Shown one piece after another: positions 1-9,396 of a stretch of 64,000 nt of DNA. The stretch comes from Candidatus Woesearchaeota archaeon. Its GTDB lineage: Archaea > Nanobdellota > Nanobdellia > Pacearchaeales > GW2011-AR1. The position numbers were made by a program, and so were the translations under genes. The first letter of the stretch is position 1; every line of letters starts with the position of its first letter. The notes beneath the pieces are model-generated. The model did not search any database. It was not told the origin of the DNA and saw only the letters and a list, made by a program, of their open reading frames with translations. Where the stretch lies: the NCBI GenBank assembly GCA_964409555.1, contig CAYPDP010000001.1, positions 3,978 through 67,977 of the forward strand, read 5' to 3'.

Positions 1-80
1 CAATTCTATTTTGCATTTTTTCATCCAAAGATCCAAAATCTTTCTCAAATTGTTTTTTGCTAAATTTTATATTTGCCATT
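1..80 (-). CDS. pheT: Phenylalanyl-tRNA synthetase beta subunit, N-terminal fragment (runs off window start)
   Basis: Minus-strand ATG at 80..78 sits immediately after the pheS stop. Translation MANIKFSKKQFEKDFGSLDEK resembles the archaeal PheT N-terminus (KFDVSKSDLERLVG-like). The pheS-pheT operon order is conserved. Confidence 0.45.
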
Positions 81-1607
81 TTATTTCATTAAAAATTTTA
101 TTTTTCTTAATTGTGTGAGATTATTTTTATTTAATTCTCTTATGTCTTTTATTTTAAAAATTGACATTAACATTCTACTAAATCCTGGACCCCATGCAAG
201 AACAGTTATAGGTTTTCCGAATAAAGGTTCTGTTACTTCTGGTCTGAAAATTCCTGCAGCAATTAATTCCACCCATTCTTTTTTTTCTTCATTCCAGACA
301 TCACCTTCTAAACTTGGTTCAGTGTATGGAAAATATGCTGGTCTAAATCTTATTTTTTCAAATCCCATTTTTTTTGCAAATTGTTTTAAGTATCCAATTA
401 GATGTTTGAAATTTGCATTTTCATCTATGACAATTCCTTCAGATTGTAAAAGTTCAAATCCATGATTCCAATCAACAGTTTCATTTCTAAAACTTGGACC
501 TATTGCGAAGAATTTTTCTTTTATTTTGCCAGAATTTTCTTGTTTAGAAATTTTTGCTAATTTTTGTGCAGATAAACAAGTAGTATGTGTTCTTAAGACT
601 AATTTTTTTGCTTCTTCTTCATTCCATAAATATCCCCATCCCTTACTTCCAGTTATTCCTTTTTCATGAGATTTTTTTATTGAGCTTATTAATTTATCAT
701 TAGGTAATTTTCCTTTTATATTTGAAATAAAAAATGTGTCATGCATTTCTCTAACTGGGTGATCTTGTGCTGTAAATAAAGCATCAAAATTCCAAAAACT
801 AGTTTGTATTAAATTTCCAGATATTTCTTTGAATCCCATTTCAGTCCATATTTTTCTAGCATAGTCTATTGATTGATTTACAAAATGCCTTTTTCCCCCA
901 TTAATTTTTGGAACATTTGAAAGAACATCATATCTTCTGAATTTTTTATTTTTCCATAGTTTTTCATTTTTCAACATTTCAGGAGTTATCTGTTCTATTA
1001 ATCCTTTTTCTTTTACACCTATTTCAACTATTTCTTTACCAAAATCAGTTAATTTAATTTTAATAATTTTTTTTTCTTTTAGCTGAATGATATCTTTTCT
1101 TTTTTGAAGAGATTTTAAGGAATAAATTTGTTCTGGAGATAAAGAATCATATTTTAAAGGGATATTTTCAAGAAATAATTCTTCTAAAGTTTTTTTATAG
1201 ATTTCTTTTTTATCAGCATTTAAGACTATTTTTCCATTTTTTAATTCAATCATTGCCTTTTTCTTTAAAACACCTATTGAGGCTTTGAATTCTTCATCAG
1301 AGATTTTTGAATTTTTTTGAGCATCTTTGAATTTAAGAATTCTTTTTTCATTTAATATGTTTAGAAGTCTTCTCTCAGGCAAACCAATTTTTTTATATAA
1401 TGCTCCATTTACTCCTATTTCAATTATTTTTTCTGTTTTATAAGATACTTCTATTATTTTTTTATTTTGAAGAAATTCAAAGGCTCTTAAAACTGAGATT
1501 TTATCAAGATTTGATTTTTTACATATATCTATAATATTTTCTTCTAAATAAGGAAGAATCTTTCTTTCATTAGGACTTAGGCTTTCAGATAATTTTATTA
1601 TATCCAT
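81..1607 (-). CDS. pheS: Phenylalanyl-tRNA synthetase alpha subunit
   Basis: 508 aa with class II aaRS motifs (FRPAYFPYTEPS, GAGIFRPEV) and N-terminal wHTH-like repeats typical of archaeal PheS. Confidence 0.8.
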   Translation of the reverse strand: MDIIKLSESLSPNERKILPYLEENIIDICKKSNLDKISVLRAFEFLQNKKIIEVSYKTEKIIEIGVNGALYKKIGLPERRLLNILNEKRILKFKDAQKNSKISDEEFKASIGVLKKKAMIELKNGKIVLNADKKEIYKKTLEELFLENIPLKYDSLSPEQIYSLKSLQKRKDIIQLKEKKIIKIKLTDFGKEIVEIGVKEKGLIEQITPEMLKNEKLWKNKKFRRYDVLSNVPKINGGKRHFVNQSIDYARKIWTEMGFKEISGNLIQTSFWNFDALFTAQDHPVREMHDTFFISNIKGKLPNDKLISSIKKSHEKGITGSKGWGYLWNEEEAKKLVLRTHTTCLSAQKLAKISKQENSGKIKEKFFAIGPSFRNETVDWNHGFELLQSEGIVIDENANFKHLIGYLKQFAKKMGFEKIRFRPAYFPYTEPSLEGDVWNEEKKEWVELIAAGIFRPEVTEPLFGKPITVLAWGPGFSRMLMSIFKIKDIRELNKNNLTQLRKIKFLMK

Positions 1608-1657
1608 TATTTAAATAAAAGAATTGTATTTATAAACTTTAAATTTTTAAATGAGTA

Positions 1658-2362
1658 TTAATCTTTAATTTTTGTTCCTTTGAATTTTTTATTATTTAGA
1701 AAATTATCAAGATTTTTTAGATTTTCACCAATTATATATGTTGGAATTTTATTTTTCATTATTATTTTTGCTGCTGTCTGATCTAAAACAAAATGTTGTC
1801 CTGGTTTGAATTTTATTTCATTAGCCATTTCATTAAAATTTTTCCAACTTATTTTAGGTATGAATTTTGCATTTTTGAATTTTTTAGGATTTTTGTCATA
1901 CAACCCATCTACATTTGTTAGATTTATGAATTCTGTGCTTAAGAAATTTGAAAGTTTTGCACTTGTTCCATCAGAAGTTTCTTTTTTTGCATATCTTAAA
2001 GCGCCACAAAATACAATATCATTAAATTTTAAGAGATTTTTAACTTCCACCATATTGTGGGGTATTTCTTTATTTGTTTTAATATCATTTTTTCCAATAA
2101 AATAAGTTAGAAATTTTGCATTTATTCTTGTTGAGGATATTCCTAAAAGTCCTTGAAAGATTTTCTTGTTAGAAATTTCTTCTTTTTCTAATCCTTGAAT
2201 ATATTTTCTTGCGGTGTTTCCTCCACCACAAACAACTACAAATTTATATTTTTTTGAATTTTTTAAAATAATTTTTTTGAATTTTTTAAGAAATTTTGTA
2301 TCTATTTCTTCAGGAATAATTAGACTTCCACCTAAACTTAAAACAATTACCTTTTTTTTCAT
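1658..2362 (-). CDS. pyrH: UMP kinase (archaeal amino-acid kinase family)
   Basis: KVIVLSLGGS, VVVCGGGNTARKYI, TNVDGLYDKNPKK and VLDQTAAKII align well with archaeal PyrH. Length is about 234 aa. Confidence 0.8.
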   Translation of the reverse strand: MKKKVIVLSLGGSLIIPEEIDTKFLKKFKKIILKNSKKYKFVVVCGGGNTARKYIQGLEKEEISNKKIFQGLLGISSTRINAKFLTYFIGKNDIKTNKEIPHNMVEVKNLLKFNDIVFCGALRYAKKETSDGTSAKLSNFLSTEFINLTNVDGLYDKNPKKFKNAKFIPKISWKNFNEMANEIKFKPGQHFVLDQTAAKIIMKNKIPTYIIGENLKNLDNFLNNKKFKGTKIKD

Positions 2363-2452
2363 TTAAATAAAAAAGAAAATTAGTTTTTATATCTTACTTT
2401 TATATGAGATTAATAATATAATTGTTTATAAATGATTTAATTAAATAGTATT

Positions 2453-3055
2453 ATGGGAAAATTATCTAATACATTATTATTTGGTTTATCAGCACTTGTA
2501 ATTGGATGTAATTCTGTAGATAGGCCTTTTAATTCTAGAGAAATATCTAATACTAATAATGTTGAATTTAGAGGAGTCTCTAATTATATTTCTTCTAAAA
2601 ATAATATTTTTTATGATGAAGGCAAGAAAGTAATTGATGAATTATTAAAAAAATGTAAAGATTGTGAAATAATTAATACATCTGAAAATTATTTTAATTT
2701 AAGTAAAAATAATGGCCCTACTAGTTATACATTTAAAATTACTGTTTCTAATAAAGAGGGTAAATCTTATGGGATTAATTTACCTTTAAAATCAGTCATA
2801 ATACAATCTTCTAAAGAATCAAATTCTGATAAATATAGAAGATTCATGTATGTTAATGAAATAAATAATAAACTTGATTTTACTTCTTTAAGAGGAAATA
2901 CTAAAACACTCAATCCTAATTGTATAGCAATTGTGAATAATAAACATACTTTATTTTATAGTTTTTCTTTAATGGATAGTGAGCTTTCAAAATTATGTAA
3001 TGGGGCGGTTAAAGATATTGATAAATTTAAAAAAGTAATTAATTATTCTGATTGA
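2453..3055 (+). CDS. Hypothetical secreted/lipoprotein-like protein
   Basis: N-terminal hydrophobic segment ending in a lipobox-like LVIGC. No recognisable domain. Confidence 0.3.
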   Translation: MGKLSNTLLFGLSALVIGCNSVDRPFNSREISNTNNVEFRGVSNYISSKNNIFYDEGKKVIDELLKKCKDCEIINTSENYFNLSKNNGPTSYTFKITVSNKEGKSYGINLPLKSVIIQSSKESNSDKYRRFMYVNEINNKLDFTSLRGNTKTLNPNCIAIVNNKHTLFYSFSLMDSELSKLCNGAVKDIDKFKKVINYSD

Positions 3056-3057
3056 TT

Positions 3058-3339
3058 TTATTTTATTGTAAATAATTTATTATCTTTTACCTCAAATATA
3101 TCTAGTCTAACTCCAGAATCAATCCATCCATGAGCATAATTAATTGCTGCGAAAGCATTTACAAAATCCATTTTTTCTTCAAAATATTTTGCATCTGAAA
3201 GATAGTTGGAAGCCATTTCTATTATTTCTTTTGCTTTTTTTTCTTGATTTTTAATGATAGATTTTTTAACTATTTCTAATGCTTTTTTTGTTAGATTTTT
3301 ATATTTAGATAATTTTTCTTTGGTTATTTCATTTTGCAT
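3058..3339 (-). CDS. Hypothetical small helical protein
   Basis: 93-aa ORF with conserved-looking AINYAHGWIDSGVRL. Family not recognised. Confidence 0.25.
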   Translation of the reverse strand: MQNEITKEKLSKYKNLTKKALEIVKKSIIKNQEKKAKEIIEMASNYLSDAKYFEEKMDFVNAFAAINYAHGWIDSGVRLDIFEVKDNKLFTIK

Positions 3340-3340
3340 T

Positions 3341-4177
3341 TTAAAATCCTCTATAATTCATTTTTCTTAATCTTGGAGATGGAATCATAAATAATTTTTT
3401 TATTATAAATTTTGATCCAACTACTTCTGAAATTATTGCAGAAAATACTAATCTCCCAACTGCTACTTTAAATACTCCTTCTTGAATTGGTATTTTTGTA
3501 GATTGAGAAAATTTTTCTATTATTCCATTTATTTCATTATTATCTAATATTATATTTGTTGGTTTTGTATCTGGAATTCTTACATTAATATTTTTTCCAG
3601 CACCATAACATTCAATATATCTTACTTTTGGATCTTTGATTAAAACATTTAATTTTCCTAAATCTATTTGTTTATCAGATGGAATTGGCATTATTTTTTG
3701 AAGTCTGGGTGGAAGCATTCTTGAATGAGTATTTAAAAGATTTCTAAAAGATAGAGTTTTGTTATAATTTTTATTATTAAATTTATTTTTGATAATATTT
3801 TTTTGAGGTATTTTTTTTATTTGAGGATTTATGAAAATTGGTTTAATATTTTTTATTTGAGGAAATTTATGATTTAGATTAGAATTATCTGTTATAATTG
3901 ATGGAATCATTTTTTCAGATTTTTTCTCTTCTTTAAATTTATTTTTTTCAATAATTTTTTGAGATTTATTCTTAATTTCTTCTTTCTTTTCATTTTTAAG
4001 TATTTGTTTTAACTCAAATATTTCTCTTGTTCCAGAATTCATAATTAATTCTTTTGTGAATTTCATTAGAAATAATTTTTTAAATTTTACAGAATTAAAT
4101 TTTGATGTTTCTTGTAACATCTTATTTTTTTGGAAGAGGATTGAATTTTGGAGGTTCGGTATAAACTGATTTTTCAT
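3341..4177 (-). CDS. Hypothetical protein, Lys-rich N-terminal region plus a globular C-terminal domain
   Basis: Long ORF. The C-terminal 110 aa are of non-low-complexity composition (YIECYGAGKNINVRIPD...KVAVGRLVFSAIISEVVG). Confidence 0.3.
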   Translation of the reverse strand: MKNQFIPNLQNSILFQKNKMLQETSKFNSVKFKKLFLMKFTKELIMNSGTREIFELKQILKNEKKEEIKNKSQKIIEKNKFKEEKKSEKMIPSIITDNSNLNHKFPQIKNIKPIFINPQIKKIPQKNIIKNKFNNKNYNKTLSFRNLLNTHSRMLPPRLQKIMPIPSDKQIDLGKLNVLIKDPKVRYIECYGAGKNINVRIPDTKPTNIILDNNEINGIIEKFSQSTKIPIQEGVFKVAVGRLVFSAIISEVVGSKFIIKKLFMIPSPRLRKMNYRGF

Positions 4178-4613
4178 ATTCTTTAAAATTTGTTTCTTTT
4201 CCGTTTTTCATAGGGTTTTGAAATTTTTGATTAATTGTGTTTTCATATTCTTTTGGTTTTTCATTTTCTAAAGGCTTTTCATGTAACAAAGTAAGTCCTT
4301 TTGCAATTATTTTATTTTGATCTAATATTGAATTAATTTTTTCTAAAATTTCTTTATTTTCCTCATTTTCTTTTCCAGTATCAATATCTTTTTCAGCAAA
4401 TGATTTTGCAGATATTTCAAATAATTCAAGTAGTTTTGATATGTTATTTGAGAGATTATCAAACTTGATAGATAAATGAGTCATTACTTTTTGAATTGAA
4501 ATAAAATTTTCAATTAATTTTTCTTCTATATTAATACTTTGTTGACTTTTAGATGTATTGCGAGATTTTTTTTTATTAGTTTTTCTCTTTTTTGAAATTG
4601 TCTTTTTATTCAT
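4122..4613 (-). CDS. Hypothetical Lys/Glu-rich coiled-coil protein
   Basis: 163-aa ORF overlapping the downstream gene by about 56 nt. Low-complexity charged sequence. Confidence 0.2.
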   Translation of the reverse strand: MNKKTISKKRKTNKKKSRNTSKSQQSINIEEKLIENFISIQKVMTHLSIKFDNLSNNISKLLELFEISAKSFAEKDIDTGKENEENKEILEKINSILDQNKIIAKGLTLLHEKPLENEKPKEYENTINQKFQNPMKNGKETNFKEYEKSVYTEPPKFNPLPKK

Positions 4614-4647
4614 AAAATTATTAAGAGAATCTTATTTATAAATTTAA

Positions 4648-7134
4648 TTAAAAGATACTCAGATTATTTTCATTTTCTTCTGAATTAATTGATTTATTTT
4701 CAGAATTATTTTCATCCTCTTTATTTTTTAAATCTAAATTTTCTATATTATTTTCATCTATTTCTTTTGAGATTTCTTCTTGAGAAGTATTTGAATTTTC
4801 TTTGTTTGATATATTATTTTCTTCAGTTTCTTCTTTGTTTTCAAGCTCATAAACATATTCTGCTATATCTGCTGCAACATCTGCATTCACACTAATACTA
4901 TCAATTCCTTTTTCAATTAGGAATTTAACCATTGGTTTTTTACTTCCAGCTTGACCGCAAATGCTTGTTTCCACATTGTATTTTTTACAGGTTCTTATAA
5001 CATATCCTATCTGGTAGAGGATTGCTGGATGCATTTCGTCATATAATTCTTGAACTTCTTCATTTCCTCTGTCAACTGCTAAAATATATTGGGTTAAGTC
5101 ATTTGTTCCAAAAGATATAAAATCAATTCCTTCTTCACATAAATCTCTAATTAATTGAACTGCTGCAGGGGTTTCAATCATTATTCCAATTTTAACATTT
5201 GTGAAATTAATTTCTTTAAGGAATTCCTTTACTTTTTTTAATTCCTCCACAGATATTATTTGAGGCATTAATACCCCAACTTTTTTATTATTCTCTGAGA
5301 TTCTTTTTAATGCTTTTAATTCTGCTTTTAAAATTTCTGGATTTTTAATACCATATCTAATTCCATGCATTCCTAACATAGGATTTGCCTCTTTTTCTTT
5401 TGGAGCACCCTCTAAATTCATATATTCATCACTTCTTATATCCGAAGTTCTAACCCATATTTTTTCAAAATGTTCTGTAATTTTATTTATTCCTTGAAAA
5501 ATTACTTCTTCATAATCTTGTATTTTATTTTGATTTAAGAAATATTCTGGATGTTTTCCTGATTCAGCAATTATTCCCTCTATCCTTGTTAATCCAATTT
5601 GTTTTAATTGTGTTTTTGAAGCTCTTTCTGCAAAACTAGGTAAGTCAACAATTACTTTTATTTTTGTTTTAGTTTTAACGATTGCTTCACGAATTTCTTT
5701 TTTTGTGGTTTCAAATACTTTTCCTTGATATATTTTTCCAGTATATCCATCGACAGTTATAATTTCTCCTTCTTTTAGTTTTGTTGTTGCTGTTTCAGTT
5801 CCGACAACTGAAGGAATTCCCATTTCTCTTGAGACAATTGCTGCATGAGCTGTTAAACCCCCCTCATCAGTTACTATTGCTGCTGATTTTTGTATTGTTA
5901 CAACCATGTCTGGATTTGTCATTTTTGTGACTAATATATCTCCTTGTCTTACTTTTTGCAAGTCTTTCATTTCTTCGATTATTCTTATTTTTCCTGAGGC
6001 AATTCCTGGGGAGGCAGCAAGACCCTCGAGAATTATAGTTCCTTTAATTTCTGTTTTTTCAATATTTTCTTTTTCAATTCTTTTTTTAATTGTTGTTATT
6101 GGTCTTGTTTGAACAATATAAATTTCTTCATCTTCAATTGCGAATTCTATATCTTGGGGTTTTTGATAATGGTCTTCAAGTTTTAAAGCAATTTCAGATA
6201 GAATTCTTATTTCATGCTCTTTTAAGACTTGTTTTTTAGAAATCTCCTCGGTTAATCTGATTATTTCACTATTTCCTCCAGAATCTCTTGTTATTGCTAT
6301 TTTTTTATCAGATATTTTTTTATTAAGTATTTCTAAATCTTTTGAAATGATATATGTGTCTGGAGTTATTTTTCCTGAGACAATTCCTTCCCCTAAACCG
6401 AAAACAGCTTCCATAATTATATTATCTTCTTTATAGGATGGATTTTTTGAGAATATAACTCCTGATTTTTTAGAGTCGACCATTCTTTGAATTACTGCTG
6501 CTAAACTTGCTTCATTAAATTTAAATCCACTTTTATTTCGATAATAAATTGCTCTTGAGGTAAAAAGAGATGCAAAACATTTTTTTATGTGTTTTATTAA
6601 TTCCCTATTTCCTTTAACATTTAAATAAGAATCTTGCTGTCCTGCAAAACTTGCCTCTGCTAAATCTTCTGTTGTAGCACTCGATCTAACAGCGACGAAA
6701 ATTGGTTCTGAAATTTTTTTTAATAAATCTTGAGCCATAACTTTATTTGAGTTACCTAGATTTTCATAACCTAAATTTTCATAAGATTCTAAAATTTCTT
6801 TTTCCATCTCAATTGGCATATTAGAATTAATAATCATCTCTCTTATTTTTATAGATATTTCATCAAGATTTTTTGTATTTTCATATTCTATATTTTCGAA
6901 GAGTTCTTTTATTTTATTTTCAATGCCTGATTTTTTTATAAAATAATCATAAGCTTGTGCTGTAACAACAAATCCTGGAGGAACTTGAACTCCTAAATTA
7001 TATATTTCTGCGAGATTTGCTCCTTTTCCACCAGCAATATTTCCAGAATTTTTATTTAATTCCGAAAACCATTTTATAAATTCAATTTTATTTTGTTTAT
7101 CACTCATTTTTAAAATATTTTCTATATTTAACAA
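4648..7134 (-). CDS. ppsA: Phosphoenolpyruvate synthase (pyruvate, water dikinase) with an acidic/Asn-rich C-terminal tail
   Basis: ATP-grasp N-terminal domain (GGKGANLAEI; TTEDLAEASFAGQQDSYLNV), phospho-His mobile domain (GGLTAHAAIVSREMGIPSVVG) and a PEP-utilising TIM barrel. The last ~70 aa are low-complexity E/N/S-rich. Confidence 0.85.
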   Translation of the reverse strand: MLNIENILKMSDKQNKIEFIKWFSELNKNSGNIAGGKGANLAEIYNLGVQVPPGFVVTAQAYDYFIKKSGIENKIKELFENIEYENTKNLDEISIKIREMIINSNMPIEMEKEILESYENLGYENLGNSNKVMAQDLLKKISEPIFVAVRSSATTEDLAEASFAGQQDSYLNVKGNRELIKHIKKCFASLFTSRAIYYRNKSGFKFNEASLAAVIQRMVDSKKSGVIFSKNPSYKEDNIIMEAVFGLGEGIVSGKITPDTYIISKDLEILNKKISDKKIAITRDSGGNSEIIRLTEEISKKQVLKEHEIRILSEIALKLEDHYQKPQDIEFAIEDEEIYIVQTRPITTIKKRIEKENIEKTEIKGTIILEGLAASPGIASGKIRIIEEMKDLQKVRQGDILVTKMTNPDMVVTIQKSAAIVTDEGGLTAHAAIVSREMGIPSVVGTETATTKLKEGEIITVDGYTGKIYQGKVFETTKKEIREAIVKTKTKIKVIVDLPSFAERASKTQLKQIGLTRIEGIIAESGKHPEYFLNQNKIQDYEEVIFQGINKITEHFEKIWVRTSDIRSDEYMNLEGAPKEKEANPMLGMHGIRYGIKNPEILKAELKALKRISENNKKVGVLMPQIISVEELKKVKEFLKEINFTNVKIGIMIETPAAVQLIRDLCEEGIDFISFGTNDLTQYILAVDRGNEEVQELYDEMHPAILYQIGYVIRTCKKYNVETSICGQAGSKKPMVKFLIEKGIDSISVNADVAADIAEYVYELENKEETEENNISNKENSNTSQEEISKEIDENNIENLDLKNKEDENNSENKSINSEENENNLSIF

Positions 7135-7292
7135 TAAATGCTTAGTTATAAATATTTTCCTTATTTAAAATATTTTGTAATAATTAAAATTAACAACAAC
7201 CTTTTTAAACTAATTTTTATAGAATTTAATATGGAATATCATAATTCAATATTTTTGAGTTTTATTTTTTCTTTTGACTTGGAGGAAAGAAA

Positions 7293-7409
7293 ATGAAAAG
7301 ATCTTCAAGAAGATGGAAAAAAAAGCGTCAGATGAGATGGAAATGGCAACGTAAAAAGCTTAGAAAAGAAAAGCATAAGAGAAAAGCAAGAAGAGCAAGA
7401 AGTAAGTAG
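7293..7409 (+). CDS. rpl41e: Ribosomal protein L41e (not in the ORF track, 38 aa)
   Basis: GGAGGA SD lies 6 nt upstream. Translation MKRSSRRWKKKRQMRWKWQRKKLRKEKHKRKARRARSK matches the extremely basic L41e family (RKWKKKRMRRLKRKRRK-like). Confidence 0.55.
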   Translation: MKRSSRRWKKKRQMRWKWQRKKLRKEKHKRKARRARSK

Positions 7410-7534
7410 AGTTCTAAATTATATATTTTGAAATAAATAATTTATAATATAATTTTTTATAAAAATATTTTAAATCTTTAATCTCTCTCTTTAACAATAA
7501 CAATATTTATAAGTTAATACAATTTTAAACTAAA

Positions 7535-8494
7535 ATGGTGAGTGGAATTTGGACAGAAAAGTATCGTCCAGTTAATTTTTCGGAGGTTGTTGGACAGAAA
7601 GACATTATTAAGAGAGTGGAATCTTTAGTAAATTCTTTGAATATTCCTCATTTACTTTTGGCTGGTCCAGCTGGAACTGGGAAGTCTACTTTGGCCTTGA
7701 TAATTGTTAAAACTCTGTATGGAGATAAGTGGAAAGATAATTATCTTGAATTAAATGCAAGTGACGAGAGAGGAATTCAGATTGTAAGAGATAAAGTTAA
7801 AAATTTTGCAAGAACAAAGTCTTTAGGAAATGTTCTTTTTAAGGTAATTTTTCTTGACGAAGCAGATGCTTTAACTCCTGAAGCTCAACAAGCTTTAAGA
7901 AGAACTATGGAGAATTATTCTTCTACTTGTAGATTTATTTTAAGTTGTAATTATTCAAGCAAAATTATAGACCCTATTCAATCAAGATGTGTTATTTCTC
8001 GATTTAAACTTTTAGAAAAAAAAGATATAGAAAAAGTAATTCAGAGAATTAGTCAAGCAGAAAATTTAACAATAAGTCCTGAATCGATGGAGACTATTTA
8101 TGAAGGTTCTGAAGGAGATTGTCGAAGATGTATTAATATTTTGCAATCAACAGCAGCTATTTCTCCTAATATAACTTTTGAATTAGTTTCAACAATTTTA
8201 TCTTCAACAAAACCGAAAGATATCAAAGTTGTTTTAGATTATGCTTTGTCAGGAGATTTTTTGAAATCAAGGGAGAAATTGCTTGATATTATGCTTAAAG
8301 AAAGTATTTCTGGACAAGATGTTGTGAAAGCAATTCAGAAAGAAATATGGAATCTTCCAGTTGAACCAGAAATTAAAGTTAAATTAACAGAAAAAACAGG
8401 TGAGACAGAATTTAGAATTGTTGAAGGTTCAGATCCTTTTATTCAATTACAGTCTCTTTTAGCTAGTTTTGTTCTTGCTGGATTGGGAAAATAA
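7535..8494 (+). CDS. rfcS: Replication factor C small subunit
   Basis: EKYRP start, Walker A LLLAGPAGTGKST, DEAD Walker B, SRC motif (IQSRC). 319 aa without an intein. Confidence 0.85.
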   Translation: MVSGIWTEKYRPVNFSEVVGQKDIIKRVESLVNSLNIPHLLLAGPAGTGKSTLALIIVKTLYGDKWKDNYLELNASDERGIQIVRDKVKNFARTKSLGNVLFKVIFLDEADALTPEAQQALRRTMENYSSTCRFILSCNYSSKIIDPIQSRCVISRFKLLEKKDIEKVIQRISQAENLTISPESMETIYEGSEGDCRRCINILQSTAAISPNITFELVSTILSSTKPKDIKVVLDYALSGDFLKSREKLLDIMLKESISGQDVVKAIQKEIWNLPVEPEIKVKLTEKTGETEFRIVEGSDPFIQLQSLLASFVLAGLGK

Positions 8495-8539
8495 AAATTT
8501 ATTTTAAGAATAGAATCTCCAAAAAAATTAGAATAAATT

Positions 8540-8974
8540 TTGAAAATTATTAAAATGAAAATTGTAATTTGTGGAAGTATGACTTTTGTAAAAGAAATGA
8601 TTGAAATAGAAAAAAAATTGATTGAATTAGGTCATGAAGTAATTCTTCCAAAATTTTCAGAGAATTATTCAAAATTAGAATCTGAGAATGAGATTCATAA
8701 TGAATCTGTAAAAAATAAAATAGATTATGATTTAATTCGAGATTATTTTGAAGAGATAAAAAAATCAGATGTTATATTAGTAATTAATAAAACTAGAAAA
8801 GATATAGATAATTATATTGGAGGAAATACTTTAATTGAAATGGCTTTTGCTCATGTTTTACATAAAAATGTGTATTTATTTAATCCAATTCCTAAAATGT
8901 CTTATACTGATGAAATAATTGCAATTCAACCAATAATATTAAATGGAGATTTATCAAAAATTAAAAATGATTGA
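8540..8974 (+). CDS. Nucleoside 2-deoxyribosyltransferase / DNPH1(Rcl)-like N-glycosidase-fold protein
   Basis: MKIVICGSM start and GGNTLIEMAFAHVLHKNVYLF resemble the NDT/Rcl flavodoxin-like family signature (DSGTAFEIGYA..GKPV). Confidence 0.4.
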   Translation: MKIIKMKIVICGSMTFVKEMIEIEKKLIELGHEVILPKFSENYSKLESENEIHNESVKNKIDYDLIRDYFEEIKKSDVILVINKTRKDIDNYIGGNTLIEMAFAHVLHKNVYLFNPIPKMSYTDEIIAIQPIILNGDLSKIKND

Positions 8975-9389
8975 AAATAAAAGACCTTTAGTTGGAATCT
9001 CAGTTATAATTATTAATGATAGGAAAATTTTGCTTGGAAAAAGAAAAGGTTCGCATGGTAGTGGAACTTGGGCTTTTCCAGGAGGACATATTGAAATGTA
9101 TGAAACTTTTGAACAAACTGCTAAAAGAGAATTAAAGGAAGAAACTAATCTTGATGTGGAAATACTTGATAAAAATATTTTTGCTATAACAAATGATTTT
9201 TTTAAAAAAGAAGATAAACATTATGTTACATTATATTTAAGAGCAAGAACAGATAATCCTAATGCATTAAAATTAATGGAGCCTGAAAAGTGTGATGAAT
9301 GGAAATGGTTTGATTTAAATGATTTTCCAGAACCATTATTTATTTCTATTCAAAATTTAATTAAACAAGGATTTAATCTTTTTAAATAA
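8943..9389 (+). CDS. NUDIX hydrolase
   Basis: Nudix box GGHIEMYETFEQTAKRELKEETNL (GX5EX7REUXEEXGU). The true start is probably an internal Met (MIENKRPLVG). Confidence 0.75.
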   Translation: MEIYQKLKMIENKRPLVGISVIIINDRKILLGKRKGSHGSGTWAFPGGHIEMYETFEQTAKRELKEETNLDVEILDKNIFAITNDFFKKEDKHYVTLYLRARTDNPNALKLMEPEKCDEWKWFDLNDFPEPLFISIQNLIKQGFNLFK

Positions 9390-9396
9390 ATATAAA

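Noticed and set aside
73-465. 130-aa plus-strand ORF in the ORF track
   Set aside because: Entirely antisense to the well-supported pheS gene. Low-complexity F/L/I-rich translation typical of AT-rich antisense frames.
1806-2105. 99-aa plus-strand ORF
   Set aside because: Antisense to pyrH, with hydrophobic low-complexity translation. Spurious.
4689-4895. 68-aa plus-strand ORFs, here and at 5906..6112, inside ppsA
   Set aside because: Antisense to PEP synthase with no coding signal.
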